A stretch of DNA of 64,000 nucleotides. It comes from Eledone cirrhosa (taxonomy: Eukaryota). Of the stretch, positions 16,201-29,200 are shown piece by piece. Position 1 is the first letter of the stretch. Each line of letters starts with the position of its first letter. Location: NCBI GenBank assembly GCA_964016885.1, contig OZ024741.1, positions 32,860,001 to 32,924,000 on the forward strand. Reading direction: 5' to 3'. The notes under the pieces were generated by a model, which did no database searches, was not told the origin of the DNA, and saw nothing but the letters and a program-made list of their open reading frames with translations. Both the position numbers and the translations under genes were made by a program.

Positions 16201-17850
16201 GTCTTACAGTATATATGTGTCTTACAGTATATATGTGTCTTACAGTATATATGTGTCTTACAGTATATATGTGTCTTACAGTATATATATGTGTCTTACA
16301 GTATCTATGTGTCTTACAGTATCTATGTGTCTTACAGTATATATATGTGTCTTACAGTATCTATGTGTCTTACAGTATATATGTGTCTTACAGTATATAT
16401 GTGTCTTACAGTATATATATGTGTCTTACAGTATATATGTGTCTTACAGTATATATATATGTGTCTTACAGTATAGATGTGTCTTACAGTATATATGTGT
16501 CTTACAGTATATATATGTGTCTTACAGTATCTATGTGTCTTACAGTATATATGTGTCTTACAGTATATATATGTGTCTTACAGTATATATGTGTCTTACA
16601 GTATATATGTGTCTTACAGTATATATATGTGTCTTACAGTATCTATGTGTCTTACAGTATGTATGTGTCTTACAGTATATATGTGTCTTACAGTATATAT
16701 GTGTCTTACGGTATATATGTGTCTTACAGTATATCTATGTGTCTTACAGTATATATGTGTCTTACAGTATATATGTGTCTTACAGTATATATATGTGTCT
16801 TACAGTATATATGTGTCTTACAGTATATATGTCTTACAGTATCTATGTGTCTTACAGTATATATGTGTCTTAGAGTATATATGTGTCTTACAGTATATAT
16901 ATGTGTCTTACAGTATATATGTGTCTTACAGTATATATATATGTGTCTTACAGTATATATGTGTCTTACAGTATATATGTGTCTTATAATATATATGTGT
17001 CTTACAGTATATATGTGTCTTACAGTATATATGTGTCTTACAGTATATATATATGTGTCTTACAGTATATATGTGTCTTACAGTATATATGTGTCTTACA
17101 GTATATCTATGTGTCTTACAGTATATATGTGTCTTACAGTATATATATTTGTCTTACAATATATATGTGTCTTACAGTATATATGTGTCTTACAGTATAT
17201 CTATGTGTCTTACAGTATATATGTGTCTTACAGTATATATATGTGTCTTACAGTATATATGTGTCTTACAGTATATATGTGTCTTACAGTATATATCTGT
17301 CTTACAGTATATATTTGTCTTACAGTATATATGTGTCTTACAGTATATATGTGTCTTACAATATATATGTGTCTTACAGTATATATGTGTCTTACAGTAT
17401 ATATGTGTCTTACAGTATATATGTGTCTTACAGTATATATGTGTCTTACAGTATATATGTGTCTTACAGTATCTATGTGTCTTACAGTATCTATGTGTCT
17501 TACAGTATATATATGTGTTTACAGTATCTATGTGTCTTACAGTATATATGTGTCTTACAGTATATATGTGTCTTACAGTATATATATGTGTCTTACAGTA
17601 TATATGTGTCTTACAGTATATATATGTGTCTTACAGTATAGATGTGTCTTACAGTATATATGTGTCTTACAGTATATATATGTGTCTTACAGTATCTATG
17701 TGTCTTACAGTATATATGTGTCTTACAGTATATATATGTGTCTTACAGTATATATGTGTCTTACAGTATATATGTGTCTTACAGTATATATATGTGTCTT
17801 ACAGTATCTATGTGTCTTACAGTATGTATGTGTCTTACAGTATATATGTG
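13240..17850. repeat. Duplicated block, offset 3235 bp (about 13240-14600 vs 16475-17840)
   Basis: CTTAGAG, TTATAAT, ATTTGTC and the 1-bp-deleted GTGTTTACAG monomer are shared. ORF breakpoints 13648/16883, 13818/17053 and 14407/17642 are all +3235. Confidence 0.85.
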
Positions 17851-20720
17851 TCTTACAGTATATATGTGTCTTACGGTATATATGTGTCTTACAGTATATC
17901 TATGTGTCGTACACTATATATGTGTCTTACAGTATATATATGTGTCTTACAGTATATATGTGTCTTACAGTATATATGTGTCTTACAGTATATATATGTG
18001 TCTTACAGTATATATGTGTCTTACAGTATATATGTGTCTTACAGTATATCTATGTGTCTTACAGTATATATGTGTCTTACAGTATATATATGTGTCTTAC
18101 AATATATATGTGTCTTACAGTATATATGTGTCTTACAGTATATCTATGTGTCTTACAGTATATATGTGTCTTACAGTATATATATGTGTCTTACAGTATA
18201 TATGTGTCTTACAGTATATATGTGTCTTACAGTATATATGTGTCTTACAGTATATATGTGTCTTACAGTATATATCTGTCTTACAGTATCTATGTGTCTT
18301 ACAGTATCTACGTGTCTTACAGTATATATATGTGTCTTACAGTATCTATGTGTCTTACAGTATATATGTGTCTTACCGTATATATGTGTCTTACAGTATA
18401 TATATGTGTCTTACAGTATATATGTGTCTTACAGTATATATATGTGTCTTACAGTATAGATGTGCCTTACAGTATATATGTGTCTTACAGTATATATATG
18501 TGTCTTACAGTATCTATGTGTCTTACAGTATATATGTGTCTTACAGTATATATATGTGTCTTACAGTATCTATGTGTCTTACAGTATGTATGTGTCTTAC
18601 AGTATATATGTGTCTTGCAGTATATATGTGTCTTACGGTATATATGTGTCTTACAGTATATCTATGTGTCTTACAGTATATATGTGTCTTACAGTATATA
18701 TGTGTCTTACAGTATATATATGTGTCTTACAGTATATATGTGTCTTACAGTATATATGTCTTACAGTATCTATGTGTCTTACAGTATATATGTGTCTTAG
18801 AGTATATATGTGTCTTACAGTATATATATGTGTCTTACAGTATATATGTGTCTTACAGTATATATATATGTGTCTTACAGTATATATGTGTCTTACAGTA
18901 TATATGTGTCTTATAATATATATGTGTCTTACAGTATATATGTGTCTTACAGTATATATGTGTCTTACAGTATATATATATGTGTCTTACAGTATATATG
19001 TGTCTTACAGTATATATGTGTCTTACAGTATATCTATGTGTCTTACAGTATATATGTGTCTTACAGTATATATATTTGTCTTACAATATATATGTGTCTT
19101 ACAGTATATATGTGTCTTACAGTATATCTATGTGTCTTACAGTATATATGTGTCTTACAGTATATATATGTGTCTTACAGTATATATGTGTCTTACAGTA
19201 TATATGTGTCTTACAGTATATATCTGTCTTACAGTATATATTTGTCTTACAGTATATATGTGTCTTACAGTATATATGTGTCTTACAATATATATGTGTC
19301 TTACAGTATATATGTGTCTTACAGTATATATGTGTCTTACAGTATATATGTGTCTTACAGTATATATGTGTCTTACAGTATATATGTGTCTTACAGTATC
19401 TATGTGTCTTACAGTATCTATGTGTCTTACAGTATATATATGTGTTTACAGTATCTATGTGTCTTACGGTATATATGTGTCTTACAGTATATATGTGTCT
19501 TACAGTATATATATGTGTCTTACAGTATATATGTGTCTTACAGTATATATATGTGTCTTACAGTATAGATGTGTCTTACAGTATATATGTGTCTTACAGT
19601 ATATATATGTGTCTTACAGTATCTATGTGTCTTACAGTATATATGTGTCTTACAGTATATATATGTGTCTTACAGTATATATGTGTCTTACAGTATATAT
19701 GTGTCTTACAGTATATATATGTGTCTTACAGTATCTATGTGTCTTACAGTATGTATGTGTCTTACAGTATATATGTGTCTTACAGTATATATGTGTCTTA
19801 CGGTATATATGTGTCTTACAGTATATCTATGTGTCGTACACTATATATGTGTCTTACAGTATATATATGTGTCTTACAGTATATATGTGTCTTACAGTAT
19901 ATATGTGTCTTACAGTATATATATGTGTCTTACAGTATATATGTGTCTTACAGTATATATGTGTCTTACAGTATATCTATGTGTCTTACAGTATATATGT
20001 GTCTTACAGTATATATATGTGTCTTACAATATATATGTGTCTTACAGTATATATGTGTCTTACAGTATATCTATGTGTCTTACAGTATATATGTGTCTTA
20101 CAGTATATATATGTGTCTTACAGTATATATGTGTCTTACAGTATATATGTGTCTTACAGTATATATGTGTCTTACAGTATATATGTGTCTTACAGTATAT
20201 ATCTGTCTTACAGTATCTATGTGTCTTACAGTATCTACGTGTCTTACAGTATATATATGTGTCTTACAGTATCTATGTGTCTTACAGTATATATGTGTCT
20301 TACCGTATATATGTGTCTTACAGTATATATATGTGTCTTACAGTATATATGTGTCTTACAGTATATATATGTGTCTTACAGTATAGATGTGCCTTACAGT
20401 ATATATGTGTCTTACAGTATATATATGTGTCTTACAGTATCTATGTGTCTTACAGTATATATGTGTCTTACAGTATATATATGTGTCTTACAGTATCTAT
20501 GTGTCTTACAGTATGTATGTGTCTTACAGTATATATGTGTCTTGCAGTATATATGTGTCTTACGGTATATATGTGTCTTACAGTATATCTATGTGTCTTA
20601 CAGTATATATGTGTCTTACAGTATATATGTGTCTTACAGTATATATATGTGTCTTACAGTATATATGTGTCTTACAGTATATATGTCTTACAGTATCTAT
20701 GTGTCTTACAGTATATATGT
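16720..20720. repeat. Tandem duplication with 1927-bp period
   Basis: GTCGTACACT at ~17906/19833 and CTTAGAG at ~16870/18797. ORF breakpoints 16883/18810, 17053/18980, 17642/19569 and 18460/20387 are all +1927. Confidence 0.9.
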
Positions 20721-23700
20721 GTCTTACAGTATATATGTGTCTTACAGTATATATATATGTGTCTTACAGTATAAATGTGTCTTACAGTATATATATGTGT
20801 CTTACAGTATATATGTGTCTTACAGTATATATGTGTCTTACAATATATATGTGTCTTACAGTATATATGTGTCTTACAGTATATATGTGTCTTACAGTAT
20901 ATATATATGTGTCTTACAGTATATATGTGTCTTACAGTATATATATATGTGTCTTACAGTATATATGTGTCTTACAGTATATATGTGTCTTACAATATAT
21001 ATGTGTCTTACAGTATATATGTGTCTTACAGTATATATGTGTCTTACAATATATATGTGTCTTACAGTATATATGTGTCTTACAGTATATATGTGTCTTA
21101 CAGTATATATGTGTCTTACAATATATATGTTTCTTACAGTATATATGTGTCTTACAGTATATATGTGTCTTACAGTATATATGTGTCTTACAGTATATAT
21201 GTGTCTTACAGTATATATATGTGTCTTACAGTATATATGTGTCTTACAGTATATATGTGTGTCTTACAGTATATATGTGTCTTACAGTATATATATGTGT
21301 CTTACAGTATCTATGTGTCTTACAGTATCTATGTGTCTTACAGTATATATATGTGTCTTACAGTATCTATGTGTCTTACAGTATATATGTGTCTTACAGT
21401 ATATATGTGTCTTACAGTATATATATGTGTCTTACAGTATATATGTGTCTTACAGTATATATATGTGTCTTACAGTATAGATGTGTCTTACAGTATATAT
21501 GTGTCTTACAATATATATATGTGTCTTACAGTATCTATGTGTCTTACAGTATATATGTGTCTTACAGTATATATATGTGTCTTACAGTATATATGTGTCT
21601 TACAGTATATATGTGTCTTACAGTATATATATGTCTCTTACAGTATCTATGTGTCTTACAGTATGTATGTGTCTTACAGTATATATGTGTCTTACAGTAT
21701 ATATGTGTCTTACGGTATATATGTGTCTTACAGTATATATATGTGTCTTACAGTATATATGTGTCTTACAGTATATATATGTGTCTTACAGTATATATGT
21801 GTCTTACAGTATATATGTGTGTTACAGTATATATATGTGTCTTACAGTATATATGTGTCTTACAGTATATCTATGTGTCTTACAGTATATATGTGTCTTA
21901 CAGTATATATATGTGTCTTACAGTATATATGTGTCTTACAGTATATATGTGTCTTACAGTATATCTATGTGTCTTACAGTATATATGTGTCTTACAGTAT
22001 ATATATGTGTCTTACAGTATATATGTGTCTTACAGTATATATGTGTCTTACAGTATATATGTGTCTTACAGTATACATGTGTCTTACAGTATATATCTGT
22101 CTTACAGTATATATGTGTCTTACAGTATATATGTGTCTTACAGTATATATGTGTCTTACAATATATATGTGTCTTACAGTATATATGTGTCTTACAGTAT
22201 ATATGTGTCTTACAGTATATATGTGTCTTACAGTATATATGTGTCTTACAGTATATATGTGTCTTACAGTATATATATGTGTCTTACAGTATCTATGTGT
22301 CTTACAGTATCTATGTGTCTTACAGTATATATATGTGTCTTACAGTATCTATGTGTCTTACAGTATATATTTGTCTTAGAGTATATATGTGTCTTACAGT
22401 ATATATATGTGTCTTACAGTATATATGTGTCTTACAGTATATATATGTGTCTTACAGTATAGATGTGTCTTACACTATATATGTGTCTTACAGTATATAT
22501 ATGTGTCTTACAGTATCTATGTGTCTTACAGTATATATGTGTCTTACAGTATATATATGTGTCTTACAGTATATATGTGTCTTACAGTATATATGTGTCT
22601 TACAGTATATATATGTGTCTTACAGTATCTATGTGTCTTACAGTATGTATGTGTCTTACAGTATATATGTGTCTTACAGTATATATGTGTCTTACGGTAT
22701 ATATGTGTCTTACAGTATATCTATGTGTCTTACAGTATATATGTGTCTTACAGTATATATGTGTCTTACAGTATATATATGTGTCTTACAGTATATATGT
22801 GTCTTACAGTATATATGTCTTACAGTATCTATGTGTCTTACAGTATATATGTGTCTTAGAGTATATATGTGTCTTACAGTATATATATGTGTCTTACAGT
22901 ATATATGTGTCTTACAGTATATATATATGTGTCTTACAGTATATATGTGTCTTACAGTATATATGTGTCTTACAATATATATGTGTCTTACAGTATATAT
23001 GTGTCTTACAGTATATATGTGTCTTACAGTATATATATATGTGTCTTACAGTATATATGTGTCTTACAGTATATATGTGTCTTACAGTATATCTATGTGT
23101 CTTACAGTATATATGTGTCTTACAGTATATATATGTGTCTTACAATATATATGTGTCTTACAGTATATATGTGTCTTACAGTATATCTATGTGTCTTACA
23201 GTATATATGTGTCTTACAGTATATATATGTGTCTTACAGTATATATGTGTCTTACAGTATATATGTGTCTTACAGTATATATGTGTCTTACAGTATATAT
23301 CTGTCTTACAGTATATATGTGTCTTACAGTATATATGTGTCTTACAGTATATATGTGTCTTACAATATATATGTGTCTTACAGTATATATGTGTCTTACA
23401 GTATATATGTGTCTTACAGTATATATGTGTCTTACAGTATATATGTGTCTTACAGTATATATGTGTCTTACAGTATATATATGTGTCTTACAGTATCTAT
23501 GTGTCTTACAGTATCTACGTGTCTTACAGTATATATATGTGTCTTACAGTATCTATGTGTCTTACAGTATATATGTGTCTTACCGTATATATGTGTCTTA
23601 CAGTATATATATATGTCTTACAGTATATATGTGTCTTACAGTATATATATGTGTCTTACAGTATAGATGTGCCTTACAGTATATATGTGTCTTACAGTAT

Positions 23701-26299
23701 ATATATGTGTCTTACAGTATCTATGTGTCTTACAGTATATATGTGTCTTACAGTATATATATGTGTCTTACAGTATATATGTGTCTTACAGTATATATGT
23801 GTCTTACAGTATATATATGTGTCTTACAGTATCTATGTGTCTTACAGTATGTATGTGTCTTACAGTATATATGTGTCTTACAGTATATATGTGTCTTACG
23901 GTATATATGTGTCTTACAGTATATATATGTGTCTTACAGTATATATGTGTCTTACAGTATATATGTGTCTTACAGTATATATATGTGTCTTACAGTATAT
24001 ATGTGTCTTACAGTATATATGTCTTACAGTATCTATGTGTCTTACAGTATATATGTGTCTTACAGTATATATGTGTCTTACAGTATATATATGTGTCTTA
24101 CAGTATATATGTGTCTTACAGTATATATATGTGTCTTACAGTATATATGTGTCTTACAGTATATATGTGTCTTACAATATATATGTGTCTTACAGTATAT
24201 ATGTGTCTTACAGTATATATGTGTCTTACAGTATATATATATGTGTCTTACAGTATATATGTGTCTTACAGTATATATATGTGTCTTACAGTATATATGT
24301 GTCTTACAGTATATATGTGTCTTACAATATATATGTGTCTTACAGTATATATGTGTCTTACAGTATATATGTGTCTTACAATATATATGTGTCTTACAGT
24401 ATATATGTGTCTTACAGTATATATGTGTCTTACAGTATATATGTGTCTTACAATATATATGTTTCTTACAGTATATATGTGTCTTACAGTATATATGTGT
24501 CTTACAGTATATATGTGTCTTACAGTATATATGTGTCTTACAGTATATATATGTGTCTTACAGTATATATGTGTCTTACAGTATATATGTGTGTCTTACA
24601 GTATATATGTGTCTTACAGTATCTATGTGTCTTACAGTATCTATGTGTCTTACAGTATATATATGTGTCTTACAGTATCTATGTGTCTTACAGTATATAT
24701 GTGTCTTACAGTATATATGTGTCTTACAGTATATATCTGTCTTACAGTATATATGTGTCTTACAGTATATATGTGTCTTACAGTATATATGTGTCTTACA
24801 ATATATATGTGTCTTACAGTATATATGTGTCTTACAGTATATATGTGTCTTACAGTATATATGTGTCTTACAGTATATATGTGTCTTACAGTATATATGT
24901 GTCTTACAGTATATATATGTGTCTTACAGTATCTATGTGTCTTACAGTATTTATGTGTCTTACAGTATATATATGTGTCTTACAGTATCTATGTGTCTTA
25001 CAGTATATATGTGTCTTACAGTATATATGTGTCTTACAGTATATATATGTGTCTTACAGTATATATGTGTCTTACAGTATATATATGTGTCTTACAGTAT
25101 ATATGTGTCTTACAGTATATATATGTGCCTTACAGTATCTATGTGTCTTACAGTATGTATGTGTCTTACAGTATATATGTGTCTTACAGTATATATGTGT
25201 CTTACAGTATATATGTGTCTTACAGTATATATATGTGTCTTACAGTATATATGTGTCTTACAGTATATATGTCTTACAGTATCTATGTGTCTTACAGTAT
25301 ATATGTGTCTTACAGTATATATGTGTCTTACAGTATATATATGTGTCTTACAGTATATATGTGTCTTACATTATATATATATGTGTCTTACAGTATATAT
25401 GTGTCTTACAGTATATATGTGTCTTACAATATATATGTGTCTTACAGTATATATGTGTCTTACAGTATATATGTGTCTTACAGTATATATATATGTGTCT
25501 TACAGTATATATGTGTCTTACAGTATATATATGTGTCTTACAGTATATATGTGTCTTACAGTATATATGTGTCTTACAATATATATGTGTCTTACAGTAT
25601 ATATGTGTCTTACAGTATATATGTGTCTTACAATATATATGTGTCTTACAGTATATATGTGTCTTACAGTATATATGTGTCTTACAGTATATATGTGTCT
25701 TACAATATATATGTTTCTTACAGTATATATGTGTCTCACAGTATATATGTGTCTTACAGTATATATGTGTCTTACAGTATATATGTGTCTTACAGTATAT
25801 ATATGTGTCTTACAGTATATATGTGTCTTACAGTATATATGTGTGTCTTACAGTATATATGTGTCTTACAGTATATATATGTGTCTTACAGTATATATGT
25901 GTCTTACAGTATATATGTATCTTACAGTATATATGTGTCTTACAGTATATATATGTGTCTTACAGTATATATATGTGTCTTACAGTATATATTGGTCTTA
26001 CAGAATATATATGTGTCTTACAGTATATATGTGTCTTACAATATATATGTGTCTTACAGTATATATGTGTCTTACAGTATATATGTGTCTTACAGTATAT
26101 ATGTGTCTTACAGTATATATGTGTCTTACAGTATCTATGTGTCTTACAGTATATATGTGTCTTACAGTATATATATGTATCTTACAGTATATATGTGTCT
26201 TACAGTATATATGTGTCTTACAGTATATATGTGTCTTACAGTATATATATGTCTTACAGTATATATATGTCTTACAGTATATATGTGTCTTAAAGTATA

Positions 26300-29200
26300 T
26301 ATATGTCTTACAGTATATATGTGTCTTACAGTATATATGTGTCTTCCAGTATATATATGTCTTACAGTATATATGTGTCTTACAGTATATATGTGTCTTA
26401 CAGTATATATGTGTCTTACAGTATCTATGTGTCTTACAGTATATATATGTGTCTTACAGTATATATGTGTCTTACAGTATATATATGTGTCTTACAGTAT
26501 AGATGTGTCTTACAGTATATATGTGTCTTACAATATATATATGTGCCTTACAGTATCTATGTGTCTTACAGTATATATGTGTCTTACAGTATATATATGT
26601 GTCTTACAGTATATATGTGTCTTACAGTATATATGTGTCTTACAGTATATATATGTCTCTTACAGTATCTATGTGTCTTACAGTATGTATGTGTCTTACA
26701 GTATATATGTGTCTTACAGTATATATGTGTCTTACGGTATATATGTGTCTTACAGTATATCTATGTGTCTTACAGTATATATGTGTCTTACAGTATATAT
26801 ATGTGTCTTACAGTATATATGTGTCTTACAGTATATATGTGTGTTACAGTATATATATGTGTCTTACAGTATATATGTGTCTTACAGTATATCTATGTGT
26901 CTTACAGTATATATGTGTCTTACAGTATATATATGTGTCTTACAGTATATATGTGTCTTACAGTATATATGTGTCTTACAGTATATATATGTGTCTTACA
27001 GTATATATGTGTCTTACAGTATATATATGTGTCTTACAGTATATATGTGTCTTACAGTATATATGTGTCTTACAGTATATATGTGTCTTACAGTATACAT
27101 GTGTCTTACAGTATATATCTGTCTTACAGTATATATGTGTCTTACAGTATATATGTGTCTTACAGTATATATGTGTCTTACAATATATGTGTGTCTTACA
27201 GTATATATGTGTCTTACAGTATATATGTGTCTTACAGTATATATGTGTCTTACAGTATATATGTGTCTTACAGTATATATGTGTCTTACAGTATATATAT
27301 GTGTCTTACAGTATCTATGTGTCTTACAGTATCTATGTGTCTTACAGTATATATATGTGTCTTACAGTATCTATGTGTCTTACAGTATATATGTGTCTTA
27401 CAGTATATATGTGTCTTACAGTATATATATGTGTCTTACAGTATATATGAGTCTTACAGTATATATATGTGTCTTACAGTATAGATGTGTCTTAGAGTAT
27501 ATATGTGTCTTACAGTATATATATGTGTCTTACAGTATCTATGTGTCTTACAGTATATATGTGTCTTACAGTATATATATGTGTCTTACAGTATATATGT
27601 GTCTTACAGTATATATATGTGTCTTACAGTATCTATGTGTCTTACAGTATGCATGTGTCTTACAGTATATATGTGTCTTACAGTATATATGTGTCTTACG
27701 GTATATATGTGTCTTACAGTATATCTATGTGTCTTACAGTATATATGTGTCTTACAGTATATATGTGTCTTACAGTATATATATGTGTCTTACAGTATAT
27801 ATGTGTCTTACAGTATATATGTCTTACAGTATCTATGTGTCTTACAGTATATATGTGTCTAACAGTATATATGTGTCTTACAGTATATATATGTGTCTTA
27901 CAGTATATATGTGTCTTACAGTATATATATATGTGTCTTACAGTATATATGTGTCTTACATTATATATGTGTCTTACAATATATATGTGTCTTACAGTAT
28001 ATATGTGTCTTACAGTATATATGTGTCTTACAGTATATATATATGTGTCTTACAGTATATATGTGTCTTACAGTATATATATGTGTCTTACAGTATATAT
28101 GTGTCTTACAGTATATATGTGTCTTACAATATATATGTGTCTTACAGTATATATGTGTCTTACAGTATATATGTGTCTTACAATATATATGTGTCTTACA
28201 GTATATATGTGTCTTACAGTATATATGTGTCTTACAGTATATATGTGTCTTACAATATATATGTGTCTTACAGTATATCTGTGTCTTCCAGTATATATGT
28301 GTCTTACAGTATATATGTGTCTTACAGTATATATATGTGTCTTACAGTATATATGTGTCTTACAGTATATATGTGTGTCTTACAGTATATATGTGTCTTA
28401 CAGTATATATGTGTCTTACAGTATATATGTGTCTTACAGTATACATGTGTCTTACAGTATATATCTGTCTTACAGTATATATGTGTCTTACAGTATATAT
28501 GTGTCTTACAGTATATATGTGTCTTACAATATATATGTGTCTTACAGTATATCTGTGTCTTCCAGTATATATGTGTCTTACAGTATATATGTGTCTTACA
28601 GTATATATATGTGTCTTACAGTATATATGTGTCTTACAGTATATATATGTGTCTTACAGTATATATGTGTCTTACAGTATATATGTGTCTTACAGTATAT
28701 ATATATGTGTCTTACAGTATATATGTGTCTTACAGTATATATATGTGTCTTACAGTATATATGTGTCTTACAGTATATATGTATCTTACAGTATATATGT
28801 GTCTTACAGTATATATATGTGTCTTACAGTATATATATGTGTCTTACAGTATATATGTGTCTTACAGTATATATATGTGTCTTACAGTATATATGTGTCT
28901 TACAGTATATATGTGTCTTACAATATATATGTGTCTTACAGTATATATGTGTCTTACAGTATATATGTGTCTTACAGTATATATGTGTCTTACAGTATAT
29001 ATGTGTCTTACAGTATCTATGTGTCTTACAGTATATATGTGTCTTACAGTATATATATGTATCTTACAGTATATATGTGTCTTACAGTATATATGTGTCT
29101 TACAGTATATATGTGTCGTACAGTATATATATGTCTTACAGTATATATATGTCTTACAGTATATATGTGTCTTACAGTATATATATGTCTTACAGTATAT

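Noticed and set aside
25518-25739. Minus-strand 73-aa ORF (RHIYTV repeats)
   Set aside because: Its ATG is created by one CTCAC/CAT-type context in a run of 18-mers. It ends when a 20-mer shifts into the frame containing TAA, so it is a chance ORF.
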